Positions 46,224-55,955 of a stretch of DNA of 64,000 nt are shown here, piece after piece; position 1 is the first letter of the stretch, and every line of letters starts with the position of its first letter. The notes beneath the pieces were generated by a model that had not been told where the DNA came from, did no database searches, and worked only from the letters and a program-made list of their open reading frames with translations. The stretch comes from an uncultured Pseudomonadales bacterium (GTDB taxonomy: Bacteria > Patescibacteriota > Microgenomatia > UBA1400 > CAYXSR01). A program made the position numbers and the translations under genes. Where the stretch lies: the NCBI GenBank assembly GCA_964430265.1, contig CAYSEI010000001.1, positions 254,987 to 318,986 of the forward strand. The letters run 5' to 3'.

Positions 46224-46266
46224 TTTATTCCTTTATTATATTCTTATTTTTTTATATGTAAAAATT

Positions 46267-46908
46267 TTAATTGCCCCATTTCCGAGGATTTTTATTCCAT
46301 GTTAAAACTGTTTTTTTATCTTTTTCTTTTAAAAATCCTTTTTCAACAGCTACATTGATAATTGTTTCATAGTCTGTCATGTGTATTACTTTAATTTTCT
46401 TTTCTTTAAATTTTTCTTTTGCTTCTTTAAACAAGAATGTAGTTATTGCCAAAGCATATTTAACAAATCCTTTATTTTGTCTAACTGCTTCTGCATTTTC
46501 AATTAAACTTCCACCTGTAGAAATGTGGTCTTCAATAACAAGTGTTTTTTGTCCCGGATTAATTCTTCCTTCAATCTGATTTTCTTTTCCGTGCTTTTTT
46601 TTCTTACTCCGTACATAAATCATTGGTAAATTCATTTTTTGTGCTGTAAAAGCTGCCCAAGGAATAGCTGCTGTTGAAGTTCCGGATAGCAATTGCACTT
46701 TATCTATACCTATTTTTTCTTTTATTAATTGAATATAATACCCAACTATTTTATTTCTAACTTTAGGATAAGAAATGATCAGACGGTTGTCTATATATAT
46801 TGGTGATTTAATACCGGAAGTAAATTCAAAAGGTTGATGAGGTCGTAGGCTTATTGCATTAATATCTAATAATAGTTTGGCGGTTTTATGAGCTATATTT
46901 TTCGTCAT
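46267..46908 (-). CDS. pyrE: Orotate phosphoribosyltransferase
   Basis: PF.FTSGIKSPIYIDNR, YVR...K.HG..NQIEG, VIEDHISTGGS. Confidence 0.96.
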   Translation of the reverse strand: MTKNIAHKTAKLLLDINAISLRPHQPFEFTSGIKSPIYIDNRLIISYPKVRNKIVGYYIQLIKEKIGIDKVQLLSGTSTAAIPWAAFTAQKMNLPMIYVRSKKKKHGKENQIEGRINPGQKTLVIEDHISTGGSLIENAEAVRQNKGFVKYALAITTFLFKEAKEKFKEKKIKVIHMTDYETIINVAVEKGFLKEKDKKTVLTWNKNPRKWGN

Positions 46909-46916
46909 ATTTTCTC

Positions 46917-47762
46917 CTAATTGCGGTATTTATTAATTTTATTTTCCAATTCTTTTGTTTTTATTCTTGCAGTTTTGGCAAAATCTTTTTCTTCAGAGGC
47001 AAAAATAATGCTTCGGGACGAGTTGATAATCATACCCCTACCATTACTATCTTTTCCAGCTTTAACAGTTTTTTGAATATCTCCTCCTTGTGCTCCAATC
47101 CCTGGAATTAACAGCGGCATATTATTTACAATCTTTCTTATTTCAGCTAGTTCTTTTGGATAAGTTGCACCAACAACTAAACAACAATTACTATTTTTGT
47201 TCCAATATTTTTTTACTTGATAAGCAAGAAATTTATACAAAGGTAAATTTCCATATTCTGAGTGAATTTCAAGATCCTGAATTTTACCAGCTCCAGAGTT
47301 TGATGTTCGGCAAAGGATAATAATCCCTTTGTCTTTCATGTTTAAAAATGGAGATAAAGCTTCTTTACCCAAATACGGGTGAACAGTAACTGCATCAAAT
47401 TTAAAATATTCAAAAATAGATTTGATATATGCAAGATTAGTGTTGCCAATATCTGCTCTTTTAGCATCTACAATGGTAAGAATTTCTTTATCAACTTTCC
47501 TAATATATTCAATTGTCTTTTTTAATGCAGTCAATCCTTGATTACCTTCCGCTTCATAAAAGGCAATATTTGGCTTGTAAGCACATACCAAATCATAAGT
47601 TTGGTCAATTATCTGTTTGTTAAATTGAAAAATGATTTCTTGTTTAGATTTGTATTTGTCTTTTAAAAATGTCGGTATTTTTTCATATTTGGAGTCAAGT
47701 CCGACGCAAACACAGCTGTTTACATTTTTTATTCTCTTATCTAATTTTTGTTTGAAGTTCAT
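46917..47762 (-). CDS. pyrF: Orotidine-5'-phosphate decarboxylase
   Basis: CVGLD, YKPNIAFYE, DAKRADIGNT, VVGAT, PGIGAQGG, NSSR. Confidence 0.96.
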   Translation of the reverse strand: MNFKQKLDKRIKNVNSCVCVGLDSKYEKIPTFLKDKYKSKQEIIFQFNKQIIDQTYDLVCAYKPNIAFYEAEGNQGLTALKKTIEYIRKVDKEILTIVDAKRADIGNTNLAYIKSIFEYFKFDAVTVHPYLGKEALSPFLNMKDKGIIILCRTSNSGAGKIQDLEIHSEYGNLPLYKFLAYQVKKYWNKNSNCCLVVGATYPKELAEIRKIVNNMPLLIPGIGAQGGDIQKTVKAGKDSNGRGMIINSSRSIIFASEEKDFAKTARIKTKELENKINKYRN

Positions 47763-49267
47763 TAACTTTTTTCTTCAATTGTCTTTTTTATCTGGTAAGC
47801 TAAATATGGATTCCACATTGCACCTGTTGCGGACTGGACTGCATCCGCACCCAGTTTTAAATACTGGAAATAGTCTTTTGGTGTCATTACTCCGCCCACC
47901 CCAATAATTTTGTACTCATAATCATTTTCTTTTCTTTCTTCAGCCAGAACCTTTACAACCGAAAGTCCGGCGTCTTTTATTAAAGCACCGCAAGTTCCTG
48001 AACGCACTCTGCTTTTCCCCGGCAATGCCTGCTTTCCGTCGTAATTAAAAACTTCTTTAGGAACAGTGTTTATTGCTACATATCCATCAATAAATGAATG
48101 CGTCAATTCAATAAATTCCTTTAGTTCCCTTTGACCGGGAAAATATCCCAGCTTTGCAAGTAAAGGGGTATTTCCAATATTTTCTTTTACATTTTTCAGT
48201 ATTTTTTGGGAAAGGCTGTGGTTATTAAAAATTGCTCCTGTACCTAAATTGGGACAGGACAAATTAATTTCTATTACCGGAGCTCCGGCTCCAACTCCCA
48301 TTTCTGCGCAATTAACAAAATCATTAATATATTCTTGTTCAGTGGTTTCTTCAGTTGCCGACCCCATTACTGATAAAATTAGAAGTTGTCCTTTTGCGAG
48401 TTGGGGTAAAAGTCTTTTTATATCTTCCTGCCAAACATCCGGTTCTTTGGAAGGAACGCCAAATGAATTGGTTATGCTGAAATTGGAATAATCATCAGTA
48501 TTTACATTTTTTCTGGTGAAAGCAGGCTTTTTCGGATCATAATTGTATGATTTCGGATCAATAAATACAATGTTTGGTGGTTGGTGGCAGGCTTTGTTAA
48601 CGGTTCTAATTGTTTTGTAGGTTAAAATATCAAATCCAAGATCAGCATAGGTTTTAACCCAGTTACCGTTTAAAAGCGGACCCGCAGGAATACCAATTAA
48701 AGAATTCACTTTAAATCCCAAAAAAGTCTTTTTTGCTTTGTTTTCAAGGTCCGGATAGGCACCATTGAAAAATGGACCAAACTCATAATTAAAATCATAT
48801 GATTTGTTAACATCATAAAGAGGATGGTAAAAAGGTGTAAAAGCACTGGCTTTAGGTGCTTGTCTTTTTTGATCCGGTTTTTCCAGATTAAAATCTTTGG
48901 CAATTGAATTTAACCAGAGTTTTGCTACTTCAATATCAGTAATTAAAGTAGTATTGTTCTCTACCGCTTTTTTACGGATGTATTGACCGTCTGTATATTC
49001 ATTGTCTTTGTGTTCGTGGATGTCCCTTGAGGGTATGTTTATAATTAGGTCAAAACTGTTTCTGATTAAATGGTCAGCAAGATTTGGTTTTTTTTCAGAG
49101 TTACTGATTTTATGTACCAGTTTATTATCAACTTTATTGTCTTTTAAAAATTTGGAAGTATTTTTTGTTGCAAATATCTGGTATTTTTGTAAGGGTACTT
49201 TTTTAACAAATGGTAGTAATTCCTTTTTGTTTTCTTTTTTACCGATGCTGATTAAAAGGTTCTTCAT
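47762..49267 (-). CDS. MGS-like allosteric domain fused to class 1-like dihydroorotate dehydrogenase
   Basis: aa ~1-125 MGS (ISIG..NK.ELL, FAT.NT..FL, DLIINIP, DG..IRK.AV, LIT); C-terminus PAGP, KT, NSFG.P, INLSCPN, INT, GVGGV. Confidence 0.85.
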   Translation of the reverse strand: MKNLLISIGKKENKKELLPFVKKVPLQKYQIFATKNTSKFLKDNKVDNKLVHKISNSEKKPNLADHLIRNSFDLIINIPSRDIHEHKDNEYTDGQYIRKKAVENNTTLITDIEVAKLWLNSIAKDFNLEKPDQKRQAPKASAFTPFYHPLYDVNKSYDFNYEFGPFFNGAYPDLENKAKKTFLGFKVNSLIGIPAGPLLNGNWVKTYADLGFDILTYKTIRTVNKACHQPPNIVFIDPKSYNYDPKKPAFTRKNVNTDDYSNFSITNSFGVPSKEPDVWQEDIKRLLPQLAKGQLLILSVMGSATEETTEQEYINDFVNCAEMGVGAGAPVIEINLSCPNLGTGAIFNNHSLSQKILKNVKENIGNTPLLAKLGYFPGQRELKEFIELTHSFIDGYVAINTVPKEVFNYDGKQALPGKSRVRSGTCGALIKDAGLSVVKVLAEERKENDYEYKIIGVGGVMTPKDYFQYLKLGADAVQSATGAMWNPYLAYQIKKTIEEKS

Positions 49268-49272
49268 GTCCG

Positions 49273-49295
49273 AAAAAAACCCCCTTACGGGGGCT
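49273..49295 (-). terminator. Leader terminator (attenuator candidate) of the pyr operon
   Basis: AGCCCCC-GTAA-GGGGG-T7 ending 5 nt before the ATG at 49267. Confidence 0.8.
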
Positions 49296-49335
49296 CCAAT
49301 ATTGTTTATGTAATTAATTAAGCCATTAATATAAT

Positions 49336-49364
49336 AATGTAATAGTAGAAGGATGTTTTGTCAA
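49336..49364 (-). promoter_or_regulatory. Sigma70 promoter of the pyr operon
   Basis: TTGACA-17 bp-TACATT. Confidence 0.75.
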
Positions 49365-49369
49365 GCGCT

Positions 49370-52300
49370 TCAGCGTAATAAATCAGCTATTTTTTTCTTG
49401 AGTTCCTCTGTTATATTAACTCTATAAGGAAGAGGAATTCGTTTAGTTTGTGAACCATTGGGTAAAATAATTACCACTTTATCCCAGCCTTCGTTTTTTT
49501 TCAGAAGATTTGCCAGTTTTTTTAAAACCAAACGTGGAGTTCCCGAAGGAATATGGATTTCATGTAAATTGGTTTTTTGTAGTTTACTTTTAACTTCTTC
49601 CAAGTTTGTAACCTTTTCAACAATTACTGAAATTTTGTCATCTCTGTTATTAATCTTTCCGTCTATAAAAACAATATTATCTTCTTTTAAGTATTGTTTG
49701 TACTTTTCATAAGTTTTGGGAAAGACAACTCCCTCTATTTTCCCGGATTGATCACTTATCAAAATAAAAGACATTTCTTCATTTTTCTTTTTTGTGAAAA
49801 TAACCTTGACTTGTTGCAGGATGCCTGCAATTTTGACTTTTTTCTGGTTGTGGTCATTTGCATTCAAATTCGCAATTTTATGGGTGGAAAATTCATTTAC
49901 AATTTTTTTGTTTTTGTCTAAAGGATCTTCTTCCAAATATATTCCTAGGTATTTTTTTTCGAGGTTAGATCTTTCTGCAGGAGAAAACGGTTCTACTTCA
50001 GGAACCGTGTCTTGTATTTCCGTGGCAGTATTATTTTTGTCCTTACCTGATATAAATAAGGAAGTTTGGCCTGTTTCCCTACGTTTTTGTTCTTTTAATG
50101 CACGTGCTCTTATGTCCTCTAATCCGGCTAATAAGGCTGCTCTATGTCCAAATCCGTTCATTGCGCCTACTTTGATTAAGCTTTCAAGAACTTTTTTATT
50201 AACTTTTTGGTTGTCAACGCGGGTACAAAAATCAATTAAAGAAGTGAATTTCTTTTTATTACGTGCCTTGATTATTTCTTCAATTGCAGCTGCACCGACA
50301 TTTTTTACTGCTGCTAGTCCAAAGCGAATTGCCTTATTTTGAAATGAGTGCGGATCCTCTTCTATTGAAAACCAAACAGCTGATTTATTAATATCCGGAG
50401 GTAGGACATAAATTCCCATGCGATCACATTCACTAACACCTTTTGATACTTTTTCATCTCTAGTTGGTCCGGAATTTGCCATTGATTCAGAAGTTAGCAG
50501 TGCAGTTAAATATTCAACTGGATAGTGTGCTTTCATATATGCGGTTTGGTAAGAAATCATTGCATATGAAGCTGAGTGTGCTTTGTTAAATCCATAGCCG
50601 GCAAATTTTTCAATATAGCTCCAAACCTCTTTTGCAATTGCAGTTGAATAGCCCTTTTCTTTGGCACCTTTAATAAATTTCTTTTTTTCTTTTTTCATTA
50701 TGGAAAGTTTCTTTTTGCCGATAGCTCGACGCAAAATATCAGCTTCCCCCAATGAATATCCGGCCATCAAATTAGCAATTTGTAAGCATTGTTCCTGATA
50801 AACAGCAATTCCATATGTTTCTTCCAAAATTGTTTTTAAATCCTTATGAGGATATTGAACTGTATTAGGATTTTCTTTGCCTTTTATAAAGTCGGGAATA
50901 AGATCCATAGGGCCGGGGCGGTACAATGCTACCATAGCAGTTAAATCTGAAAATTTACTTGGTTTAAGATTTCTTGCAACTCTTCTCATACCCGCTGATT
51001 CCATTTGAAATACACCTACAGTATGTCCCTGGGTAATCATTTTATATACTTTTTCGTCATCCATGGGAATTTCTGAAAGATCAATTTCTTCGTCTTCGTA
51101 TTTTTTAACTAATTTCATGGCTTCTTGTAAAATAGTAAGGTTTCTTAGTCCTAAAAAGTCCATTTTTAGTAGCCCAATTGCAGTATCAGTTACGTTTAAA
51201 TCAAGTGAATACATGTCATATTGCGTAATAATGCGTTCTCCCCGGGATTCCTTTTGTAAGGGAGTATATTCAGTTAATTCCTTGTCGGCAATAATAACTG
51301 CGCATGCATGGCTTGAAGCGTGTCTGGCAACCCCCTCTACTTTTTGTGCCAGAGTAAGGAGCTTTTCGTATTTATCTTCTTGATAAAATTCCTTTAAATC
51401 AGGTACAGAGTCAAGAGATTTCTGTATTGAAGCGCCTTGCGGTATAAGCTTGGCTATTTGATCGGTTTCATTGTATGAAAGCCCCATAACTCTGCCAATA
51501 TCACGGATTGCTGCTCTTGCCTCCATCCTTCCAAAAGTAATTACCTGGGAAACCTTTTCTTTACCGTATTTTTGTGTAACATATTCAATGACCTTATCGC
51601 GTTTGTTATCAGCAAAGTCCAAATCTATATCGGGTGGACTCGGTCTTTCCGGATTTAAAAACCTTTCAAAAGGAATATTGTGAACAAGAGGATTTATTGA
51701 AGTTATGCGCAAAACATATGAAACTAGTGAACCGGCTACACTACCCCTGCCCGGTCCAACTCTGATATTCCGGTCTTTAGCCCAGTTTGTAAAATCCTGA
51801 ACAATTAAAAAATATGTTGCGTATCCTTTATTGCAGATAACATTTAATTCATATTTCAAACGCTCCTCAATTTCTTCTGTAATTTTCGGAAATCTTTTTT
51901 TTGCTCTTTCCCAGACCAGATGTTTTAAATATTCTTCCGGTGTTTTTCCTTTTGGTATTGGATAATTGGGGAAGATCATGTTGCCAATTGGGATTTCTAA
52001 ATCACATTTTTTAGCAATCTCGAGTGTATTGTCCAAGGCATCAGGAAGATCGGAAAAAATTTCTCTCATTTCTTCTGGTGAGCGTAAATAAAAGTCCGGG
52101 GAATCAAGCATGCTTAATCTATCAGTTTGGTCCAACGTAGTTTTGGTTTGGATAGCTAATAAAGCATCTTGTGCATCCGCATCTTCAGGGTCAACATAAT
52201 GAACGTCATTAGTGGCAATTAAAGGTATACCCATTTTTCTGGAGAGCTCAATAATCCTTTTATTTGCTTTTGCTTGTCGTTTTATTTTCGGATGATGCAT

Positions 52301-52831
52301 AATTTCAAAATAGAAGTCTTCACCAAAAATATCATAAAGTTTGCGGGCTTCTTCTTCTGCCTTTTTTTTCTTTCCTTCTAAAAGCAAGGATGGGATTTTG
52401 CCTTCAATACAAGCAGTCGAAGCAATTATTCCTTTTGAATATTCACTTAATAAATCCATATCCGCCCGTGGTTTGTAATAAAAACCCTCCAAATGTGCTT
52501 TGGTAACAATTTTCATTAAATTTCTATAGCCTTCCAAGTTTTTTGCAAGAAGAATTAAGTGGTTTTGACTGGAGTCAAGATGCGGAGTCTTTTCAAACCT
52601 TGATTTTCTTGCCATATAGATTTCGCATCCAATAATAGGTTTAATTCCTTGTTTTTTGCATTCTGTATAAAAGGGAATTGTGCCGTGCATTACTCCGTGG
52701 TCGGTTAAAGCTAAAGCAGGCATTCCCATTTCTTTAGCTCTTTGTACCAGCTCAGGAATTTTACACAGTCCATCCAATAAGGAGTATTCAGTGTGAACAT
52801 GAAGGTGTACAAAACTTTTGTTTTTATTCAT
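49370..52831 (-). CDS. dnaE: DNA polymerase III alpha subunit
   Basis: HLHVHTEYSLLDG, GPGRGS, FERFLNPER..PDIDLD, KMDFLGL, YGFNKAH. Confidence 0.98.
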   Translation of the reverse strand: MNKNKSFVHLHVHTEYSLLDGLCKIPELVQRAKEMGMPALALTDHGVMHGTIPFYTECKKQGIKPIIGCEIYMARKSRFEKTPHLDSSQNHLILLAKNLEGYRNLMKIVTKAHLEGFYYKPRADMDLLSEYSKGIIASTACIEGKIPSLLLEGKKKKAEEEARKLYDIFGEDFYFEIMHHPKIKRQAKANKRIIELSRKMGIPLIATNDVHYVDPEDADAQDALLAIQTKTTLDQTDRLSMLDSPDFYLRSPEEMREIFSDLPDALDNTLEIAKKCDLEIPIGNMIFPNYPIPKGKTPEEYLKHLVWERAKKRFPKITEEIEERLKYELNVICNKGYATYFLIVQDFTNWAKDRNIRVGPGRGSVAGSLVSYVLRITSINPLVHNIPFERFLNPERPSPPDIDLDFADNKRDKVIEYVTQKYGKEKVSQVITFGRMEARAAIRDIGRVMGLSYNETDQIAKLIPQGASIQKSLDSVPDLKEFYQEDKYEKLLTLAQKVEGVARHASSHACAVIIADKELTEYTPLQKESRGERIITQYDMYSLDLNVTDTAIGLLKMDFLGLRNLTILQEAMKLVKKYEDEEIDLSEIPMDDEKVYKMITQGHTVGVFQMESAGMRRVARNLKPSKFSDLTAMVALYRPGPMDLIPDFIKGKENPNTVQYPHKDLKTILEETYGIAVYQEQCLQIANLMAGYSLGEADILRRAIGKKKLSIMKKEKKKFIKGAKEKGYSTAIAKEVWSYIEKFAGYGFNKAHSASYAMISYQTAYMKAHYPVEYLTALLTSESMANSGPTRDEKVSKGVSECDRMGIYVLPPDINKSAVWFSIEEDPHSFQNKAIRFGLAAVKNVGAAAIEEIIKARNKKKFTSLIDFCTRVDNQKVNKKVLESLIKVGAMNGFGHRAALLAGLEDIRARALKEQKRRETGQTSLFISGKDKNNTATEIQDTVPEVEPFSPAERSNLEKKYLGIYLEEDPLDKNKKIVNEFSTHKIANLNANDHNQKKVKIAGILQQVKVIFTKKKNEEMSFILISDQSGKIEGVVFPKTYEKYKQYLKEDNIVFIDGKINNRDDKISVIVEKVTNLEEVKSKLQKTNLHEIHIPSGTPRLVLKKLANLLKKNEGWDKVVIILPNGSQTKRIPLPYRVNITEELKKKIADLLR

Positions 52832-52867
52832 ATAAATAATCTAAATATAAGCTTAACATTATTAATG

Positions 52868-54214
52868 TTAAGTATTGTTGGACAGTTTTTCAACCAGCAT
52901 TCTTTTCACCCTTTTAGGAGAGGCTTTGCCCTGGATTTTTTGCATTGTTTGGCCTATTAGAAATCCAATTACCTCTTTTTTACCTTTTTTGTAATCTTCT
53001 ACTGCTTCCGGGTTTTCTTTGATTACATTTTCCAGTATTTTTTTCAGCCGATCTGTTTCAAGTTCTGGTTTTTCTGACTTTTTAACTAACTTATTAATTA
53101 ATTGTTCAGGATCTATTTTCCCAATATCAATTTTTTTATTGATAATCTGCTTAGCTGCTTTTTGGATATATTTTGTATCTAAGCTTTTTTCTCTGATCAA
53201 TTCCTTGGTTTTATCAAAAAAAGTACCCATCTTGATCTTTTTAATTAAAATTTCTGCTTGGTATTGAGATAATTCGTCTTTTTTTATGTACATTTTCAGT
53301 TTTTCATTGGGAAGAACAGGAAGATTATCTTTTATTTGCATGATTTTTTCTTTTGTTATTCGAATCGGTGGAATATCAGGTTCAGGAAAGTACCTATAGT
53401 CAGCTGCTTGCTCCTTGTTCCGCTGGGAAAAAGTATTTCCCGTTTCCTCATTAAAACCGCGTGTTTCTTGGGCAGGCATTTTCCCTGAATCAAGAATTGC
53501 TTTCTGTCTTTTAAGTTCTTTTTCTATTGCGCTTTTTACAAATCTAAACGAATTAATATTTTTAACTTCTACCTTGTATCCGGGTAAACCTTTTTCATCT
53601 GGTTTTTTTAGCGAGATATTAGGTTCCAAGCGCATACTGCCTTTGTCCATGGCTGCGCTGGATACATTTAAATATAAAATTGTCTGCTGAAGCTTTCTTA
53701 AATACGCTATTGCTTCCGCTGTTGAGTTTAAATCCGGTTTAGTTACAATTTCTACCAAAGGAACGCCGGATCGGTTAAAGTCAATTAAGGAAGCTTCTCC
53801 CCTATGCAAAAGCTTACCAGTATCTTCTTCTAAATGAACTCTTTCAATTCCGACTTTTTTTTCACCATTTTCAGTTTGGATGGCTAAAGATCCGTCATAA
53901 CAAAAAGGAATGTCATATTGGGATATTTGATATCCTTTGGCAAGATCGGGATAAAAATAGTTTTTGCGATCAAATTTGGAAAATCTATTAATTTTACAAT
54001 TTAATGCCATACCAATTTTTAAAGTCCAGTCAATTGCTTTCTGATTTGGGACAGGTAGAGCTCCGGGCAGGCCCAAACATACAGGACAAGTGTTTTTATT
54101 GGGTTCAACTTGAAAGTGGTATGCCGGGCAGTCACAAAACATTTTAGATTCTGTTTCCAGTTCTACATGAACTTCCAATCCGATTATTGGCATATATTTG
54201 TTATTCTTGTTCAT
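52868..54214 (-). CDS. gatB: Asp/Glu-tRNA amidotransferase subunit B
   Basis: IGLEVH, RKNYFYPDL, HLEEDTGK, NRSG.PL.EIV, DYRYFPEPD. Confidence 0.97.
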   Translation of the reverse strand: MNKNNKYMPIIGLEVHVELETESKMFCDCPAYHFQVEPNKNTCPVCLGLPGALPVPNQKAIDWTLKIGMALNCKINRFSKFDRKNYFYPDLAKGYQISQYDIPFCYDGSLAIQTENGEKKVGIERVHLEEDTGKLLHRGEASLIDFNRSGVPLVEIVTKPDLNSTAEAIAYLRKLQQTILYLNVSSAAMDKGSMRLEPNISLKKPDEKGLPGYKVEVKNINSFRFVKSAIEKELKRQKAILDSGKMPAQETRGFNEETGNTFSQRNKEQAADYRYFPEPDIPPIRITKEKIMQIKDNLPVLPNEKLKMYIKKDELSQYQAEILIKKIKMGTFFDKTKELIREKSLDTKYIQKAAKQIINKKIDIGKIDPEQLINKLVKKSEKPELETDRLKKILENVIKENPEAVEDYKKGKKEVIGFLIGQTMQKIQGKASPKRVKRMLVEKLSNNT

Positions 54215-55598
54215 ATTTGATCGCTGTTTTTAATAAATTTTTTTCACTTAGTTGTGGTCCAAAAAGTTGAAAAGCTAAAGGCAGGTTGTTCTTCGTTTTT
54301 CCGCAAGGAATACTTATCCCTGGGAGTCCGGCTAAACTGCTAGCTTCAACTAAAACATCCTGCATTTCGCCAAACATTGCTTGTCCTTCGGAAGCTCCAA
54401 TTTTTAATGCCGGACTTGGTGAAACAGGACTGATTAAAAGATCAACTTCTTTAAATACGCGCTCAAAGTCTTTACAAATAAGATTTCTGACTTTTTGTGC
54501 TTTGTTGTAATATTGATCATAATAACCGGTTGACAAAGCGTAAGTGCCCAACATAATTCTTCTTTTTGCTTCTTTACCAAAACTTGAGCGATTTTCTCCG
54601 TAGCGAATTCCGTCAAAACGGGCTAGATTTGAAGAAACCTCAGCTCTTTGTACAATTGTGTATACTGCAATTGAATACTTAGGATCCAACAAACTGACTT
54701 CCTTTATTTTAGCACCCGATTTTTTAAATTGTTGAATAGCATTTTTAACTGCAACAGTTATTTCCGGGTCGAGTCCTTTTAAAAAATATTCCTTTGGTAC
54801 ACCAATAACTGTTTTGTCCGTAGCCTTTTTTTCAATCGGATAATATTTTTCTACTTTGCTAGGTAAAGTTGTAGCATCTTTTTTATCCTTGCCGGCAAGC
54901 ACCTCTAGAACAAGAGCAGCATCTTCAATAGATTTGGTTAAAGGTCCGGGACAATCGGTTGAAGAACACATAGCAATTACACCATACCTGGAAACTCTAC
55001 CGTAGCTTGGTTTGAGACCTACTGTTCCACACCATGCAGCCGGTTGACGAATTGAGCCTGCAGTTTCACTTCCAATTGCAAAAATACATTCATGCGCAGC
55101 TACAGCTGCGGCAGAACCACCCGAAGAACCTCCGGGTAAATACTTGTGGTTATGTGGATTCTTGGTTGTAAAAAATGCGGATGTTTCTGTTGATGAACCG
55201 TGAGCCCAGGCATCCATGTTAGTTTTGCCAAGAATTACTGTACCACTATTTTTAAGTTTTTTTATGACGGTAGCATCATATTGAGGTAAATAATCATTCA
55301 AAACTTTGGAACCAGCTGTGGTTTTAATGTTTTTTGTACAAAAATTGTCCTTTATCGCAACAGGAATCCCTAAAAGTGGTTTTTTTTCAAAAGCTTTTTC
55401 CCCAAATTTTTCAATTTCTTGATCAGCTTGTTTGGCTGCTTTTAAAGCTTGATCCTCACAAACTGTTATAAAAGCATGAATTTGATTATCAATTTTTTTT
55501 ATCCTGTTTAAACAAGATAAAACAAGTTCTGTAGATGTAAAGTCTTTGTTTTTTAATCCACTTATCGCTTGAATAATAGTTTTTTCGTTGAGATTCAT
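54201..55598 (-). CDS. gatA: Asp/Glu-tRNA amidotransferase subunit A
   Basis: AIKDN, GKTNMD, PGGSSGGS, GSIRQPA, SSNLARFDG. Confidence 0.97.
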   Translation of the reverse strand: MNLNEKTIIQAISGLKNKDFTSTELVLSCLNRIKKIDNQIHAFITVCEDQALKAAKQADQEIEKFGEKAFEKKPLLGIPVAIKDNFCTKNIKTTAGSKVLNDYLPQYDATVIKKLKNSGTVILGKTNMDAWAHGSSTETSAFFTTKNPHNHKYLPGGSSGGSAAAVAAHECIFAIGSETAGSIRQPAAWCGTVGLKPSYGRVSRYGVIAMCSSTDCPGPLTKSIEDAALVLEVLAGKDKKDATTLPSKVEKYYPIEKKATDKTVIGVPKEYFLKGLDPEITVAVKNAIQQFKKSGAKIKEVSLLDPKYSIAVYTIVQRAEVSSNLARFDGIRYGENRSSFGKEAKRRIMLGTYALSTGYYDQYYNKAQKVRNLICKDFERVFKEVDLLISPVSPSPALKIGASEGQAMFGEMQDVLVEASSLAGLPGISIPCGKTKNNLPLAFQLFGPQLSEKNLLKTAIKYEQE

Positions 55599-55891
55599 TC
55601 GAATATCGCCTTTACCTTGAAATAGCCGTTTGATTTTGATTTAGCTTGTGAAGTTGCTTCTTTTTGAGTCAAGTTTGTCTTGGAAACATCTTTTCTAGTT
55701 ACGTTTTCAAGTCCGGTTACTTGACTTATCGGCTTGACAGTTTCTGTATCCAATTCATCTAAAACTTCTACATATTCTAAGGTGTCTGACAATTGTTTTC
55801 TAAATAATTCTATTTCTTCTTGAGATAGTTGAAGATTTGCAAGACTGGCAATATGAAGGACCTCTTTTTTGGATAGTTGTTTTTTTGTCAT
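55595..55891 (-). CDS. gatC: Asp/Glu-tRNA amidotransferase subunit C
   Basis: EV.HIA.LA.L, L.ELDT..V.P, GYFKV; upstream of gatA. Confidence 0.93.
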   Translation of the reverse strand: MTKKQLSKKEVLHIASLANLQLSQEEIELFRKQLSDTLEYVEVLDELDTETVKPISQVTGLENVTRKDVSKTNLTQKEATSQAKSKSNGYFKVKAIFE

Positions 55892-55955
55892 ATAAGTATT
55901 TTACAAAAATAAATGGGGAAAATAAAATCAAGTTTAGAAAACTATTACAAAAAAC

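Noticed and set aside
49794-50342. 182-aa antisense ORF in dnaE and many similar S/F/L-rich antisense ORFs
   Set aside because: Reverse-frame shadows of codon bias in real genes; no motifs or start signals.
49370-52831. Intein or intron in dnaE
   Set aside because: Normal length (1153 aa) with continuous motifs; tRNAs also show no introns.
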